Part shown: piece after piece, positions 12,570 through 23,767 of the stretch
Numbering within the stretch: the stretch's first letter is position 1
Layout: the number at the start of each line of letters is the position of its first letter
NCBI RefSeq assembly: GCF_000315625.1
Contig: NW_005434546.1
Location: forward strand, 45,943 to 102,583
Reading direction: 5' to 3'
Length of the DNA stretch: 56,641 bases
DNA from: Guillardia theta CCMP2712
Taxonomy: Eukaryota; Protista; Cryptophyta
Program-made: the position numbers and the translations under genes
The notes under the pieces: generated by a model
The model's input: the letters and a program-made list of their open reading frames with translations, nothing else
The model's database searches: none
Told to the model about the DNA's origin: nothing

Positions 12570-13558
12570 TCCTCCTCCTCCTCCTCCTCCTTACATCTCA
12601 GCAACTACAGGTGCTGTATTACTCTGAAGACATGGTGCTGGAGATCTCAAGCACAAGGTTAAGTGACAGGGTACTGCTTGTACATGGAGACAACACCGTC
12701 TGCTCATGGATAGACGCTCTGAAGGTGCTTGAGAAGCTGAAGGCCGTTGAATGCCAACTGCAGTCTCTGTTGTTTGTGATCAAAGACAGCGAAGTGAAGG
12801 ATGAAATTTTGCAGCAGATTGAGTTCAGCATGATGTTGAATCACTTTCAGTACCCGGTGATCGGAGTTCTGCAACAAGACTTCGTCTTCGAGCCCCAGGC
12901 CTGGCCATCTAGGGACCAACTGCTATCCCTTCTCCCATCCGTCAAGTGGGAGTATACTATGGGGTTACCGTCGGAGTGGCAGATACCTCATGACAAATAT
13001 GATCTGCCAACCCTTTCCATCTGCATCAGAGCAACAGAGCAGAGTGCACTAGCTCGTGCTGAGATAGAGTGGCATGGAAAGGTCCAACAGTCTGCCGGAT
13101 GATCTGGTGAGAGTTGATGGGCTTGCAGGAGTTCTATGTGGGTCAGATGCAAGGGGGCAAGAAGCACGGGGCCGGTATCAGCATGAAAAGAAATGGGAGC
13201 AAATTCGTCGGGTCATTTGTAAGCGGGATGGCCCATGGTGAAGGAGTGTTCTATACCCGAGACGGGACGATCTTTGCTGGAGAATGGAAATACGGGAAGC
13301 AGGTGGGGCTTCAAGTCATGGATACCTCCTAATACTGAAATGTGGGACATAGGAGGGAAAGGGTACGATCTGGAGCCTGGAAACGATGAAAGCTGCGAAG
13401 AGGTTAGTAGGACCCTGTGGGTTGCAAAGAATGACATCGCATTTGTGTTTTCTAAGGATACAATCAAACTTCAGAGTTCATTACTACAAGAAACATTTGA
13501 GAGAAATGGTATGTTGAGCCTGGCACTGCAAAATCTCACCCTTTCCCAGCTAAAATGA
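12200..13558 (+). CDS. MORN-repeat protein, multi-exon (start and stop approximate)
   Basis: FYVGQMQGGKKHGAG / KFVGSFVSGMAHGEG / IFAGEWKYGKQ|EGKG fit the MORN consensus YxGxWxxGxxHGxG. Upstream exons join through an intron at 12501-12610 and one at about 13082-13128. Confidence 0.8.
12513..12590. repeat. (CTG)n followed by (CTC)n microsatellite, intronic
   Basis: Read directly from the sequence. Confidence 0.95.
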
Positions 13559-13599
13559 CAGAAAAAGGTTTGAAAGCGCAGCAGCATTTCGAACCAGAC

Positions 13600-16500
13600 A
13601 CAAATAGAAGAACGACATGCTGTTGCAATAATTATTCGTGTGATCCCTGCATGTCTTGTCAACGTACAGGTAAACACTCGTCTTAGTCAGACTGACCTTC
13701 TGCTCACGATCCGTTCCATTCTTATGAGTACCTGAACAAATGACAACTCGTAAATTGAAACCCTACAGGCAACCTCAGGTATGATACCAGGTTGCGACCC
13801 ATTACTGCTTGTTGGCTTGCCCTCCTGATTGGTTTGGCTTGACCTGGATCCACCCGATCCATAACCAGACACTCCTGGCGTCATGCCTGGTCGTGCCGCA
13901 GATCCTGGTGTCATCCCTCCTGGAGTCATCCCTGGCCGTGCCATGGACCCAGGCGTCGTCCCTCCCTGCCCGACGTACTCGCCTGGTCCCGGCGTCCCTG
14001 GTCGCCATGCCGCAGCTCCTGGCGTAGCCCCAGCGCGCATGCCCCCAGGCCATCCTGGCGTCATGCCTGGTCGTGCCGCAGCCCCTGGTGTCATGCCTCC
14101 TGGCGTCATCCCTGGCCGTGCCATGGACCCAGGCGTCGTCCCTCCCTGCCCGACGTACTCGCCTGGTCCCGGCGTCCCTGGTCGCCATGCCGCAGCTCCT
14201 GGCGTAGCCCCAGCGCGCATGCCCCCAGGCCATCCTGGCGTCATGCCTGGTCGGGCTATCGACCCTGGTGTCATGCTTCCTGGCGTCATCCCTGTTCTTG
14301 CCGCAGCTCCAGGCGTCATTCCTCCTGGAGTCATCCCTGGCCGTGCCATGGACCCAGGCGTCATCCCTCCGGGTGTCATTCCTCCCGCAGCGCCTCTCGC
14401 GGATGCCCACATCGGAGTCATTCCAGGCATCTGCCCAGGAGTTCCCATGCCTGGCGTCATGCCTCCAGCTGCCCAACCCGGTGTCATACCAGCTGGTCGG
14501 GAATGGGTCAACCCCGGCGTCATGCCACCCATGCGATGGTCGAGCGCGCCAGGGGTACCTGGCCTCCAATTCTTGACCAGTTGGACATTCGCAGTACCTG
14601 GCTGGTACGGCTTCGTGCGTGTAGACCAGGGTCGCCCCGTACGGTCAAGACCTTGAAAGCTCTGAGATCGCCGGTCCTCCTGCTGAGAGCAGAGTGAAAT
14701 CGAGAGGGGACAAGGAGAAGAGGTATGAAGCGGAAAAGACTTACAAACGAAGATTTCTTTTTGAACCTGTCGTTGGAATCCTTTAGAAAATGCGAACGAT
14801 GCTGGTCGTATTCTTCTGCCTCCTCCTCTTCCAGTCTTCTCAGCTCTCTCTCCTCGAATTCCTCCATCGTCAGTCCGGACTGGAGGTACGACTCATACAG
14901 CTTGTCATCAACTGGAAACGATCACTACAAGAAGGCATGCTTCCAGCTCTAACCTTCTTTTAACCGCCTGTGGAAATCTTCTTTGATCTTGGCGCGTTTC
15001 TCCACCTCCTCCGAATCCTCCTCCCCGAAGTTCAGGTCCAGCTCGGGTACTATCTCTCCCTCATCGACGCCCATCTCGTCTTGGCCATCGACGGCGACTT
15101 GATATTCCGGATGATACGCTTCAAACATCTTCCGCCATACTGGTGCACTCAAGTTTTGCAGATCCGCCCTGGGGTCCAGTCAGCAACCGGAGGCGGAGAG
15201 ACTGGAGGATGTACATCAGGTCAGTGTAATCTCCTTGAACCAGGTTCACGCCGTCATCGACGGGCCCTTGCAAGTCCTTCCCCACCTCAACCACCACCCT
15301 GCTGGAGGCTTACACACTGATGCTGACTTCATAACAGCAGCACAACCTGGCTGGGTCGATTGTAACTTCTTGGAAGTCACTCCGGAGATGCCAGAGGTGT
15401 CCGTAGACTGTGTTCCTCTCCAGGACCATCCTTGACTTTCCATTGATTCTGAACGCAGCCACATCCATCGGAGGGCGAAGCTGCCGGGGCAGTCTCGGGT
15501 CAACAACCTCGACGCCGAGCTTGTAGAAGGTGCACAGCCTGCGCACGTGCGGGTCAGGGGGGGATGAGGCGGTGGAGGGCGGCAATTTGACCTGATGTGG
15601 GACCTTGAGTAGTGCCTCTGCGCGATGTGCAAGACGTTGAGCTGGAAGGTGCAGCCGAGGATCTCGATGCTCGAGTGATTGTAGACCCGGACGGCGCAGG
15701 AGTCGCACATCTCAACGCTGCAGGCTAGGAGGCGGCAGCTGCTGGTGTCAGAGAGCATGAGCGCACCAGCCGCCGACCTTGACACATACGTCAGCATGAA
15801 TGGGGGCAGCATCAAGTGACGCTGACCTGTCAGCATGGAAGTAGGGCCACCCTCCGACTCCACAGCGCAGGAACGTCACGTTCGAATTCCCGGCTACATC
15901 CACCACAATGTTCCCCTCTCCTCTCACCTCGCAGTGCTGAAAGTCAAACGTTGCGCTATTGATCACAAAGGTGGACATAAAGGAGTTGAAGCCAGACCCG
16001 CTGTTCTGCAACGTTACCCCCGCACACCTCCCCGAGCTGCCGGGCAGGAACGACCACCCTCCTATGTAGAAGGTCCCGAGCTCCCCTGTGACGAGGAGCC
16101 TGCAGGAGACATTCACCTCTTGCATGACCACCGGCGGCTCTGTGCAAGCAAAGAAGTGGAAGCTCCCGTACTTCGACTCGTTGCTCCGTCCCGTGGTGTT
16201 GGAATCAGAGTCGACAAATTGAAGGACCAAGTTGTGCAGCCTGAAGTACCCTTGCTCCGCGTTGAGAGTGACGTCTCCTCCTCCTTCGAGCACGTCTATC
16301 TGATACGCCCCAATGTCCCTGGGGAAGTTGATGACAGTTCCTGTCAGGTTCGGTTTCACGTACGGCTCCTCGCAAGCCAGCCGCCAGGCCTTGTCAACCG
16401 CCTCGTCCTCCCAGACCCTGGCGAACTGCTCATGGACCACAACCATGCTCTCGTCGACCGTCGCTGGAGCTGTAAAGTTGTAGTTGTCCACGTTCAAGCT

Positions 16501-17259
16501 GGAATCTTGATCGGAGACGACGGGCTCGTTTGGCACTGGGGCAGGCTCCTCCCTCACTGCTTCCTCCGACATAGAGGCAGAGGAGAACAAGAGCTGTTCA
16601 TAATCTTTCCTCTTCCTCCTGGTCCCTCCGATCTCAAACACACACTTCCTTTCCCCCCCTGAGGACTCCTCGGCCTGGGATCCTTGCTCTGAGGCCTTCG
16701 GCACAACAGTCAGGAGGAGGTGGAGGGGAGGGGGAAGGGACGGACCTGCGTTTGAGCTGCAACGTTCGAGCCAGGAGGCGACGAAGGAGAGAGCAGGATC
16801 AGAGATTAGGAGGTAGCATGTAGCAGGCAAGATAGTTGAACTTACCGTCTTTCTCAAACACCATCTCGTCGTCCCGGTAATCTGCACAAACAACATCAAG
16901 GCCGTCGCCTGACAGTGCTCTCTCCACTCACCCCTTCCTCGCATGTCCGGGAACACACGATGGATCATCTCCTCCTTGTCGATAGCTGACTGAGAAGGCG
17001 ACGGAGACTTTCTCTCGTGCACTAGAATATCGTACTTCTCTCCTAGCTTCTCTCTCCGGATCCTCTCGATGGTCTCCTCGTCCATCCAAGACCCCCCTCG
17101 CAGGGATCGCACAGTATGGTTGGCTAGGAGGAGGACACGTCTGTGGTGCTCGAGCATGATCATGTTTGCATGAGTTTCCATCGAGACCCTCTCGAGACAT
17201 GTACATCCCAGCAACCCAATCAAGATGGTTGCCAAGAGCCCAACCTTGCAACCCGGCAT
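13600..17259 (-). CDS. Signal-peptide protein with right-handed beta-helix region, acidic segment and C-terminal GMTPG repeats; multi-exon, 3' end approximate
   Basis: Signal peptide MPGCKVGLLATILIGLLGCTC. Beta-helix-like repeats (FDFQHCEVRG, SNVTFLRCGV, SSCRLLACSV, SSIEILGCTF). ORFs 15748-17259, 14949-15152, 14520-14867 and 13687-14532 are collinear and linkable by short introns. Confidence 0.7.
13874..14530. repeat. Coding tandem repeat: two near-identical 180-bp units plus shorter TPG-encoding units
   Basis: Sequence at 13921 recurs almost identically at 14101 (offset 180). It encodes repeated PGMTPG, GGMTPG and WRPGTPG. Confidence 0.9.
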
Positions 17260-17629
17260 TGCGCTTGATCAAAGTAGAAGAAGAGTCCACTAGACTGCCA
17301 TTTTGACACCTTAGTTAACAAGCCCGTCTCATGTTTCGATGCCCAGACACATCATGGACATTCTGGCCACAACGGGCCGCTGTAAGTCGTCCGATCCTAC
17401 ACTTAAGTCACAGGACATGCAGGCCACATGGTAGCGATCTAGCAGCATGAATCTTTCTGATACTTGCTGTCTCTCCTTTCCTTCTCTCCTTCTCTCCTTC
17501 TCTCCTTCCTCTCTTCTTTATCCTGGTCTCTTCCCCTCTTTTCTCTTCTTCCGCTCTCACCATGGTCACGTTGCGTCCTCATGCCATTGCCGCCAGGATT
17601 GCCGCCAGGATTGCCATAAGTGCGGGGAT

Positions 17630-17765
17630 GAGGGGGTCTCCGGACCGCGGACGGCGGCCCGAGTCAACTGGCCGGGCCGTCACGGAACGATCGCGCGGAA
17701 CTAACCGGGCCGCTGCCCGGCCCGGGCCGGAGTGCCGTGGACGGGAGACGGCGGAGGACACAGGC
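17630..17765. other. Short GC-rich micro-palindrome island
   Basis: GCCCGGCCCGGGCCGG, CCGCGG, CGATCG and similar; lies upstream of the minus-strand ATG at 17259. Confidence 0.6.
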
Positions 17766-17900
17766 TGAGTATGAGAGTGTTCAGTTAACTCTGAGTAAAG
17801 AAGGTTCAGTAGCCCCAGAAAAATTTACGACGGTGAAATTACAAGTCTGAGAAGAAGGGGAGTACTCTCAGTCTACTCTGAAGATGCTGAGCAGTCACAA

Positions 17901-20900
17901 TTAGGTGGACGTGACGTTTTCTGGCAGGAACACCAGACTGAGAAACACGCCAGCGACGCCACTGCCAGTCTCCTGTATGGGCCGGAGGGTCCTGAGGTCA
18001 AACCATCCTTCCCACTTCTTCTTCATCATGAGCTGGAGCAGCGGAATTGACAGCTGCCCTATGGGCTCGTCACGGATCAGAGCGCTCTTGTCCTCCACAG
18101 TCAGCGTCATGAGCAGGCCTTGCATGAGCGCGGGCTGCACGGCGAACTCGAAGGTCTGGTTCCATATTGGGTCCAGGCTCTTGTCCATGATGCCCGTCTT
18201 GTGGAACTGGTTGCCGATCGCCATGATGACGTAGGAGGAGCAGAGGCCATACTTCTCAGTGACCGGAAGGTTGCGGGCCGAGGTCACCGTGACCCGCACA
18301 CGGGGCTGACTTGGGCCCGGGGCAGGAGCCGGCCGGATGGCGTTGAACTTGGGCTGCATCATGAGCTGAGCCTCCTTGGAGGGGGGAGGACTCGACAGCC
18401 TCTGCCGCACAGCTGGGAATGAGGTGGGCGCTTCTTTCGAAGGTGGCAAGCTGTAGCTGTAGGGGGCATTCAAGCTCACGTCGGCCTGACTGACAGGGCT
18501 GAGGATGCTGCGAGGGCTGGAGGTGAAGATGCTGCTGTCCGGGGGGGTGGACAGTCGAGTCTGTGGGGAAGAAATCCTGCTTACGTCACCTTCGAGCAAA
18601 AGAGGAGGGGAGGGGGCCCGCTCGTTCCTGGGAGGTTCCGAAGAGACCTTTTGGTAAGTCTGTCCCGTCCTGGGCGTTGACTGTCCCGCCTTCCTTGTCT
18701 TGTAGGCGGGGCTCTTGAAAGAGTCGGCGATCAATCCTGCAGCCGCAGCCAACTTCTTGTTTGTCTCCCAGGGCAGCCCCTGTCGCTCCAGCACCAGCGA
18801 CTTGATCTTCCCGTCTGTATCTCTCGCTCGGATTCCGATGGACGTCCCTGGTAGGCCAGACATGAGCTCGTTCAGCTCGTCGCCGTCCTTGCCTTGACAC
18901 GAGGTCCCGTCCATTGACAACACCACATCCCCAACAGCCAAGCTTCCCTCCGCTGCAGCTGGGCCCGAGCTGACAATGTCCTTCACGACGGGGTAATCTT
19001 CGGGGCCCTTGCAAGCGTCAAGGACGAAGCCCAGATCAGTCACGTTGGAATCGACGCCACCAGACACGTGCTCGCTTGGAGCTGGCCCGGCGAAGATGAT
19101 TCCTTCAGGGTTCTCTACCTTGACGAGCTTCTTCATGGACGTCGTGCTGCGCAGGAACGAGTTCTTGTCCCGAGACATGGCGATGATCTGAGCTCCGAGC
19201 TGCTGCGGGCTTCGAGGATCCTTGCCCGATGTGTCGGGGAGCACTTCGCAATAGATGGAGAGCTCGTTGGGAAGCAAGGATGTCACCTCAAAGCGATCTG
19301 GAGTCGTGTGGAGAGAGAAGGCAAGGTCTCGACGGAACTGATCGAAGAACGCAGACTTCAACTTGACATCGTTCTCCAACGAGTAGAAGTCTTCGGCAAT
19401 CGTGAAGCACAAAGTCAAGGCACTGCCCTTCACGGCGTCTGACCTTGACGAGAGCTTCGGCGTGAAAGGAGAGGTTCTCTGCTGGGGAGAGCTTCCCTGC
19501 TGGGGAGAGGTTCTCTGCGGAGAGCTTTTCTGTTCCGGAGCTTGTGCAGGAGTCTTGGGACTTTGTTTAAGCGCAAGAGCCTGGAAATCAGCCTCCAACT
19601 TGTCCTCGTCAACCGCCACATCCTGGAGAACTCCTTGCACCAGCTCCTTGTAGCTGTTCTCGGGGAGGATGACCTGCGAGTGAGTCGGGGAGACGAGAAT
19701 TTCTTCTGGATCGAGCTCCTTATTGGGCAACTTGGACACCAGGATGAAACCGCTGGCTGGGCAAGCGCTAGTCTGAACTTTGCTGTTACTCAGCTCCTTG
19801 ACAGAGTGCAGGATGCTGTTCGGTGACTTGAGAAGGTTGATGTGCGGGGGGAGACTTCCAGCAAAGGAGATTCTGACGTTGTCGCTGTCGACAATCTGGA
19901 GGAAGATACCCACAATCAGAGCAGTTGCAGGCGGTTGATAAACACAACAGCTGACCTGAGCGCCCTGACAGACTTGATCTAGCAAGACGACGATTCTCTG
20001 CAGACATGCTTTAGTGACAATAATGTCCGAGATGAATTGTAACCTGGCAGTTTCGTATGATCAGTTCGCGACAAGGCCCATGGATATGAAGATGCGACAG
20101 GATGTTTCCGTCGATGCTGGAGTTGCAGGATTGGATGCAAACGGAGGAATCTCTGAAAGATGACAAGTAAGCAAGAGGAACACACGAGGTAGGGAGGGAG
20201 GAAGGGAAAGAAGGGAAGGGAAGAAAGGAGTGGAGTGGAGGGAGGGAGGACAGAGGAGAGGGCGGGGGAGGGATGAATTTCTCTCGACCTTCCACTTGAG
20301 GTAGCATGCAGGTGAAGGATATTCGACTGGTTTTCAATGAACATACCGCCATCGGCTATGTACCTCACTTGCTGCTGCTGCAAGGGTTACGCACGCCAAT
20401 CCACAACAAGGTCGAGCACCTGCACGGCTAGGCTGCCAGGCGGCGGGGTCCCCTGTTGCGTCCGTTGCGGCTGCTGCGTCTGCGGTGCATGTTGCGTCGG
20501 TTGCGTCTGCAAAGGGAGAGTGAAGGTTGCAGAGAGCTTGCTAGGATTATCAGCAGCAAAGTCAGAAGGCCCTCGCGTCCTGCACAGCAAAGTCAGGAAG
20601 ACTGTCTACCACCTCACCGCAGACCCACCTTGCTGCGGCCAGAGGCTCCTCAGTTTCCTTGGGGGCTCGCCTAGCCCCGGACTTGGTCGTGTTGAAGACA
20701 GATCCCCTGATCCACTCGTTGATGTCGAAGGGAGCAGTCTCCTCCCTTGGTACAATCCTGCTCGCTGCCTTTGGTGGTTCGTTGACCTCCCGCATCATCG
20801 TGGGAGGGGCGACCGCGGTCTCGCCCTGGGTAGCATCGGGAGCCTTAGGAGGGGCTGTTTGTTGCTGCTGTCTCTGATCTCCTCTGACCTCCTCGGTGGA

Positions 20901-21476
20901 CGTGCGCCGCTCCTGAACGAAAATGGACCTCTTGATAAAGTCCGTCAGGTCTTCAGCAGGCTGCTCTACTTTTGACAAGGTCCCAATGTAGTCGTAAGTC
21001 TTCCTTCGCGTCCTTTCCTTGGCCTGATCTTCTGTTGGCTCCGGAGGAGGGGGCTGCTTGAGAAAGATGTCCAGAGGAGTGCTGCCGTCGTTGAGGGGAT
21101 CGATGGCGTTAACAGGATTGGTGGTTCTTAGCTGCTTGCAAAGATTTACAGTCATATCATCTTCCTCCTTCTCCTGCTCCACAATTTCGAGCTGTACTTT
21201 GTTCAGGTAGGATATGGACTTCGGCCCATATTCCAGCACGGTCAAGCCCTTCCCCCTCTTCGAGGATGAAAACAGCTCGGGGAATGCAGTCCTTTCCTCT
21301 CCTCCGAAGGCTCGTGTGGTCCTCTTGATCACATCCCAGCTCGGCATCTGCAGAAAGGGGTTGACGCGATCTCCTGCTCCTCCTGCTCCTCCTGCTCCTC
21401 CTGCTCCTCCCGACCTCTCTGCGGTGTCATCGAAGTATCCGTCCTTGCCATCTCCACCTCTTCCCATCGCTACCAT
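17901..21476 (-). CDS. Multi-exon protein: low-complexity N-terminus, CARP/TBCC-like beta-helix segment, PDZ domain, C-terminal C2 domain
   Basis: PDZ: DLGFVL..VVKDIVSSGPAAAEGSLAVGDVVLSMDG..LMSGLPGTSI. C2: VRVTVTSARNLP..SSYVIMAIGNQFHKTGIMDKSLDPIWNQTFEF..DEPIGQLSIPL..EGWFDL. Upstream exons (20562-21476, 20420-20580, 20045-20390) splice in frame by eye. Confidence 0.8.
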
Positions 21477-21722
21477 GCAAGTCCCGAGGGGTCGCGTTGG
21501 GACCACATCCCCCAGCAGTACGTTCGTCAGAATTGTCATTTGTATTGTTTTGCTATAAATTTTCAATAATCTTTATTGTTTTGCTATAAAACTAGAAACT
21601 AGCTCGCTCCCGCACTAGTACATGTTGAAAACGCCTTCAGCTTCTGCGGATGATCCCAGTGCTGTTTGATTATCTTTCTTTCCAGTACTCTTTGATTGTC
21701 TTTCTCAACTTTTTCCGATCCA

Positions 21723-23096
21723 TCACACTAATGATAAACTTTTTAGAAATGCATTCATCTCACTCTTCTTCCATTCTCGCATTCTCCTGACATAACTTGT
21801 CCACTTCAATTGTCCCTGCCTTCTGCTTCGTGACTTCGACTTACAACTCAGCAATTTGAAAAAGCCGGGGTCATACATTTTGAACCAATGTTGTGCTTCA
21901 GGCAGTGTTGGCCCTGAGACAAAATTTCGCCATCGATCAAGCTTTGCACCCCTCTCCTCTGATTGGCTTATTTCCCTCATCACGAACCTTTCAAACGTTT
22001 CCACAAGAATGCTATAGTCGCTATATCTCCTCGCTTCCTGTTCGGATTCCATGTGTGCCCTGCTCAATTTCTTTAAAGGGGGGTGTTTCTTCACTGTGTC
22101 ACCAAAGTGCCATGCAATCCATGCATTCTCCCACGTTCCAAGGTGTTTTGTGACGTTGAAACGGAAGTTCTCTGTTGGGCTGAATGCGACTCCACTCATA
22201 TCTTGAACTTCCCTATGTGGACTGCCCCGGACCTCCATTTCATGTACACCATTTGCAGATCCACTAAACCGGGTCATTGCACATTCAAGTCTCTTACAAG
22301 GCTCGGAAGATCTTGGAGCATTCTCTTGTGCGTACATCGTAGGTCTTGGAGCATTCTCTTGTGCGTACATCGTAGATCTTGGAGCATTCTCTTGTGCGTA
22401 CATCGTAGGTCTTGGAGCATTCTCTTGTGCGTACATCGTAGGTCTTGGAGCATTCTCTTGTGCGTACATCGTAGATCTTGGAGCATTCTCTTGTGCGTAC
22501 ATCGTAGATCTTGGAGCATTCTCTTGTGCGTACATCGTAGGTCTTGGAGCATTCTCTTGTGCGTACATCGTAGGTCTTGGAGCATTCTCTTGTGCGTACA
22601 TCGTAGATCTTGGAGCATTCTCTTGTGCGTACATCGTAGGTCTTGGAGCATTCTCTTGTGCGTACATTCTTCGGTTCATGCTTTCAAGCTTACCAAGCAT
22701 GGTATCCATCTTCATTTCAATGGACTCAAGTACCCGGCGAGTCTCGCTCTCGTTTGTTGAAGCTCGCTCACTTCTTTGTGGCCGATTCCCCTTTTCAAAA
22801 TCGTGTGGCCGATTCCCCTTTTCCAAATCGCTACTCACCACACCTTTGGCAGCGTCAACACGAGCAGTCGCAGAAGGCTTCCTGCGGCGCTTGTTTGGTG
22901 GTTGTCCAGCTTCTAATTCCATTAGTTCTTCCATTAGTTCTCTGAATTTAGTACGCAATGTTTGAACCTCCTTTAAAATGCTCTCGTACTGATTCAAGCT
23001 CTGCATAGCATGGGAAGTCCAAAAAGTGCCTGCCGTTTCGATACCCCGGTCACCTGACAACCCATGCTGGACTCGACGCTTCAATCGATCCGGCAT
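21723..23096 (-). CDS. Intronless 457-aa ORF resembling the C-terminal (GCR1_C-like, putative DNA-binding) half of a Crypton-type tyrosine-recombinase transposon protein
   Basis: Motifs WENAWIAWHFGDTVKKHPPLKKL..ARRYSDYSILVETFE and RRQGQLKWTSYVRRMR resemble the C-terminal motifs of oomycete/stramenopile Crypton proteins as I recall them. AT-richer than neighbouring genes and without introns. Confidence 0.6.
   Translation of the reverse strand: MPDRLKRRVQHGLSGDRGIETAGTFWTSHAMQSLNQYESILKEVQTLRTKFRELMEELMELEAGQPPNKRRRKPSATARVDAAKGVVSSDLEKGNRPHDFEKGNRPQRSERASTNESETRRVLESIEMKMDTMLGKLESMNRRMYAQENAPRPTMYAQENAPRSTMYAQENAPRPTMYAQENAPRPTMYAQENAPRSTMYAQENAPRSTMYAQENAPRPTMYAQENAPRPTMYAQENAPRSTMYAQENAPRPTMYAQENAPRSSEPCKRLECAMTRFSGSANGVHEMEVRGSPHREVQDMSGVAFSPTENFRFNVTKHLGTWENAWIAWHFGDTVKKHPPLKKLSRAHMESEQEARRYSDYSILVETFERFVMREISQSEERGAKLDRWRNFVSGPTLPEAQHWFKMYDPGFFKLLSCKSKSRSRRQGQLKWTSYVRRMREWKKSEMNAFLKSLSLV
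22309..22668. repeat. 33-bp coding VNTR, 11 copies (MYAQENAPR[P/S]T)
   Basis: Unit TCTTGGAGCATTCTCTTGTGCGTACATCGTAG[G/A]; no spacers. Confidence 0.95.
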
Positions 23097-23390
23097 CCTT
23101 TCTGATCGAACTAACGTACAGCTGCAGATCAGGTGAATGTCTTCTAATTGAGTCTTCAGTCTCTCCCGTTGGCAGACCTACCTTGCTAGAGAATGTTCTT
23201 CACCTTGCACAGAAGTGACTAGTACCGCTCGCAGCCTTCCTGAGGACCAATGTGCGGTGGAGGGATAGCAAACTCTTCAGAAACAGTGCGCAATCCTGCT
23301 GCTGTTCTTCAAGCAAACACGGCGATATCAGTGGTATTGGGCGACGTCTGACCTCTCTTTCCCTCAGCCGCAACTGCTATCACCATTCTT
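23097..23390 (-). pseudogene. Degenerate upstream part of the Crypton-like protein
   Basis: In frame upstream of the ATG: LAR*VCQRERLKTQLEDIHLICSCTLVRSERMPDRLKRRV. In a shifted frame: FA*RTAAGLRTVSEEFAIPPPHIG, compared with recalled Crypton DQFVGR..AGL..S.EFA.LPPHF. Contains stops and a frameshift. Confidence 0.55.
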
Positions 23391-23767
23391 GTCGCTCACA
23401 GTATGGACCCCATGGTGTACGGGGTACTTTTTCACGGGGTCAAATCAAGACACTGATTATTTGAAATTTAGTAAAAACAATTAAAAACATGACATGATAT
23501 TGATGACCCCCTTGTCACCAATACATGACAGAATACGCCTTCTCGCGCAATCATCGTGCGCAAGATTATGAATCTCAAAAGAATTTGAAACTTAAAAGAC
23601 ATTCAAAACTGCAGAGCTATATCTTCGAAATAAACTCAAATTATTTCAAGTTTCATGATCAAAACTCCATTTTCAAGTTTGACCCTGAGTTGTCAGTTGA
23701 CCACTCTTATCAACACTCAGGTCGCCGGGGCCATGTCGACTCGAGCAACGGTAACGGAACAGACCTC

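Noticed and set aside
12218-12662. Poly-Gln, poly-Cys or poly-Leu proteins
   Set aside because: All are readings of the (CTG)n tract, which is best placed in an intron.
13687-14532. Spt5 or RPB1 orthologue
   Set aside because: Only the TP repeats resemble them; no NGN/KOW or polymerase domains are visible.
21543-21590. 17-bp direct repeat TATTGTTTTGCTATAAA as a transposon terminus or target-site duplication
   Set aside because: Both copies are on the same side of the Crypton-like block, with no counterpart found at the other end.
22309-22668. 33-bp repeat array as a CRISPR array
   Set aside because: Units are head-to-tail with no unique spacers, lie in frame in an ORF, and there are no cas genes; the context is eukaryotic.
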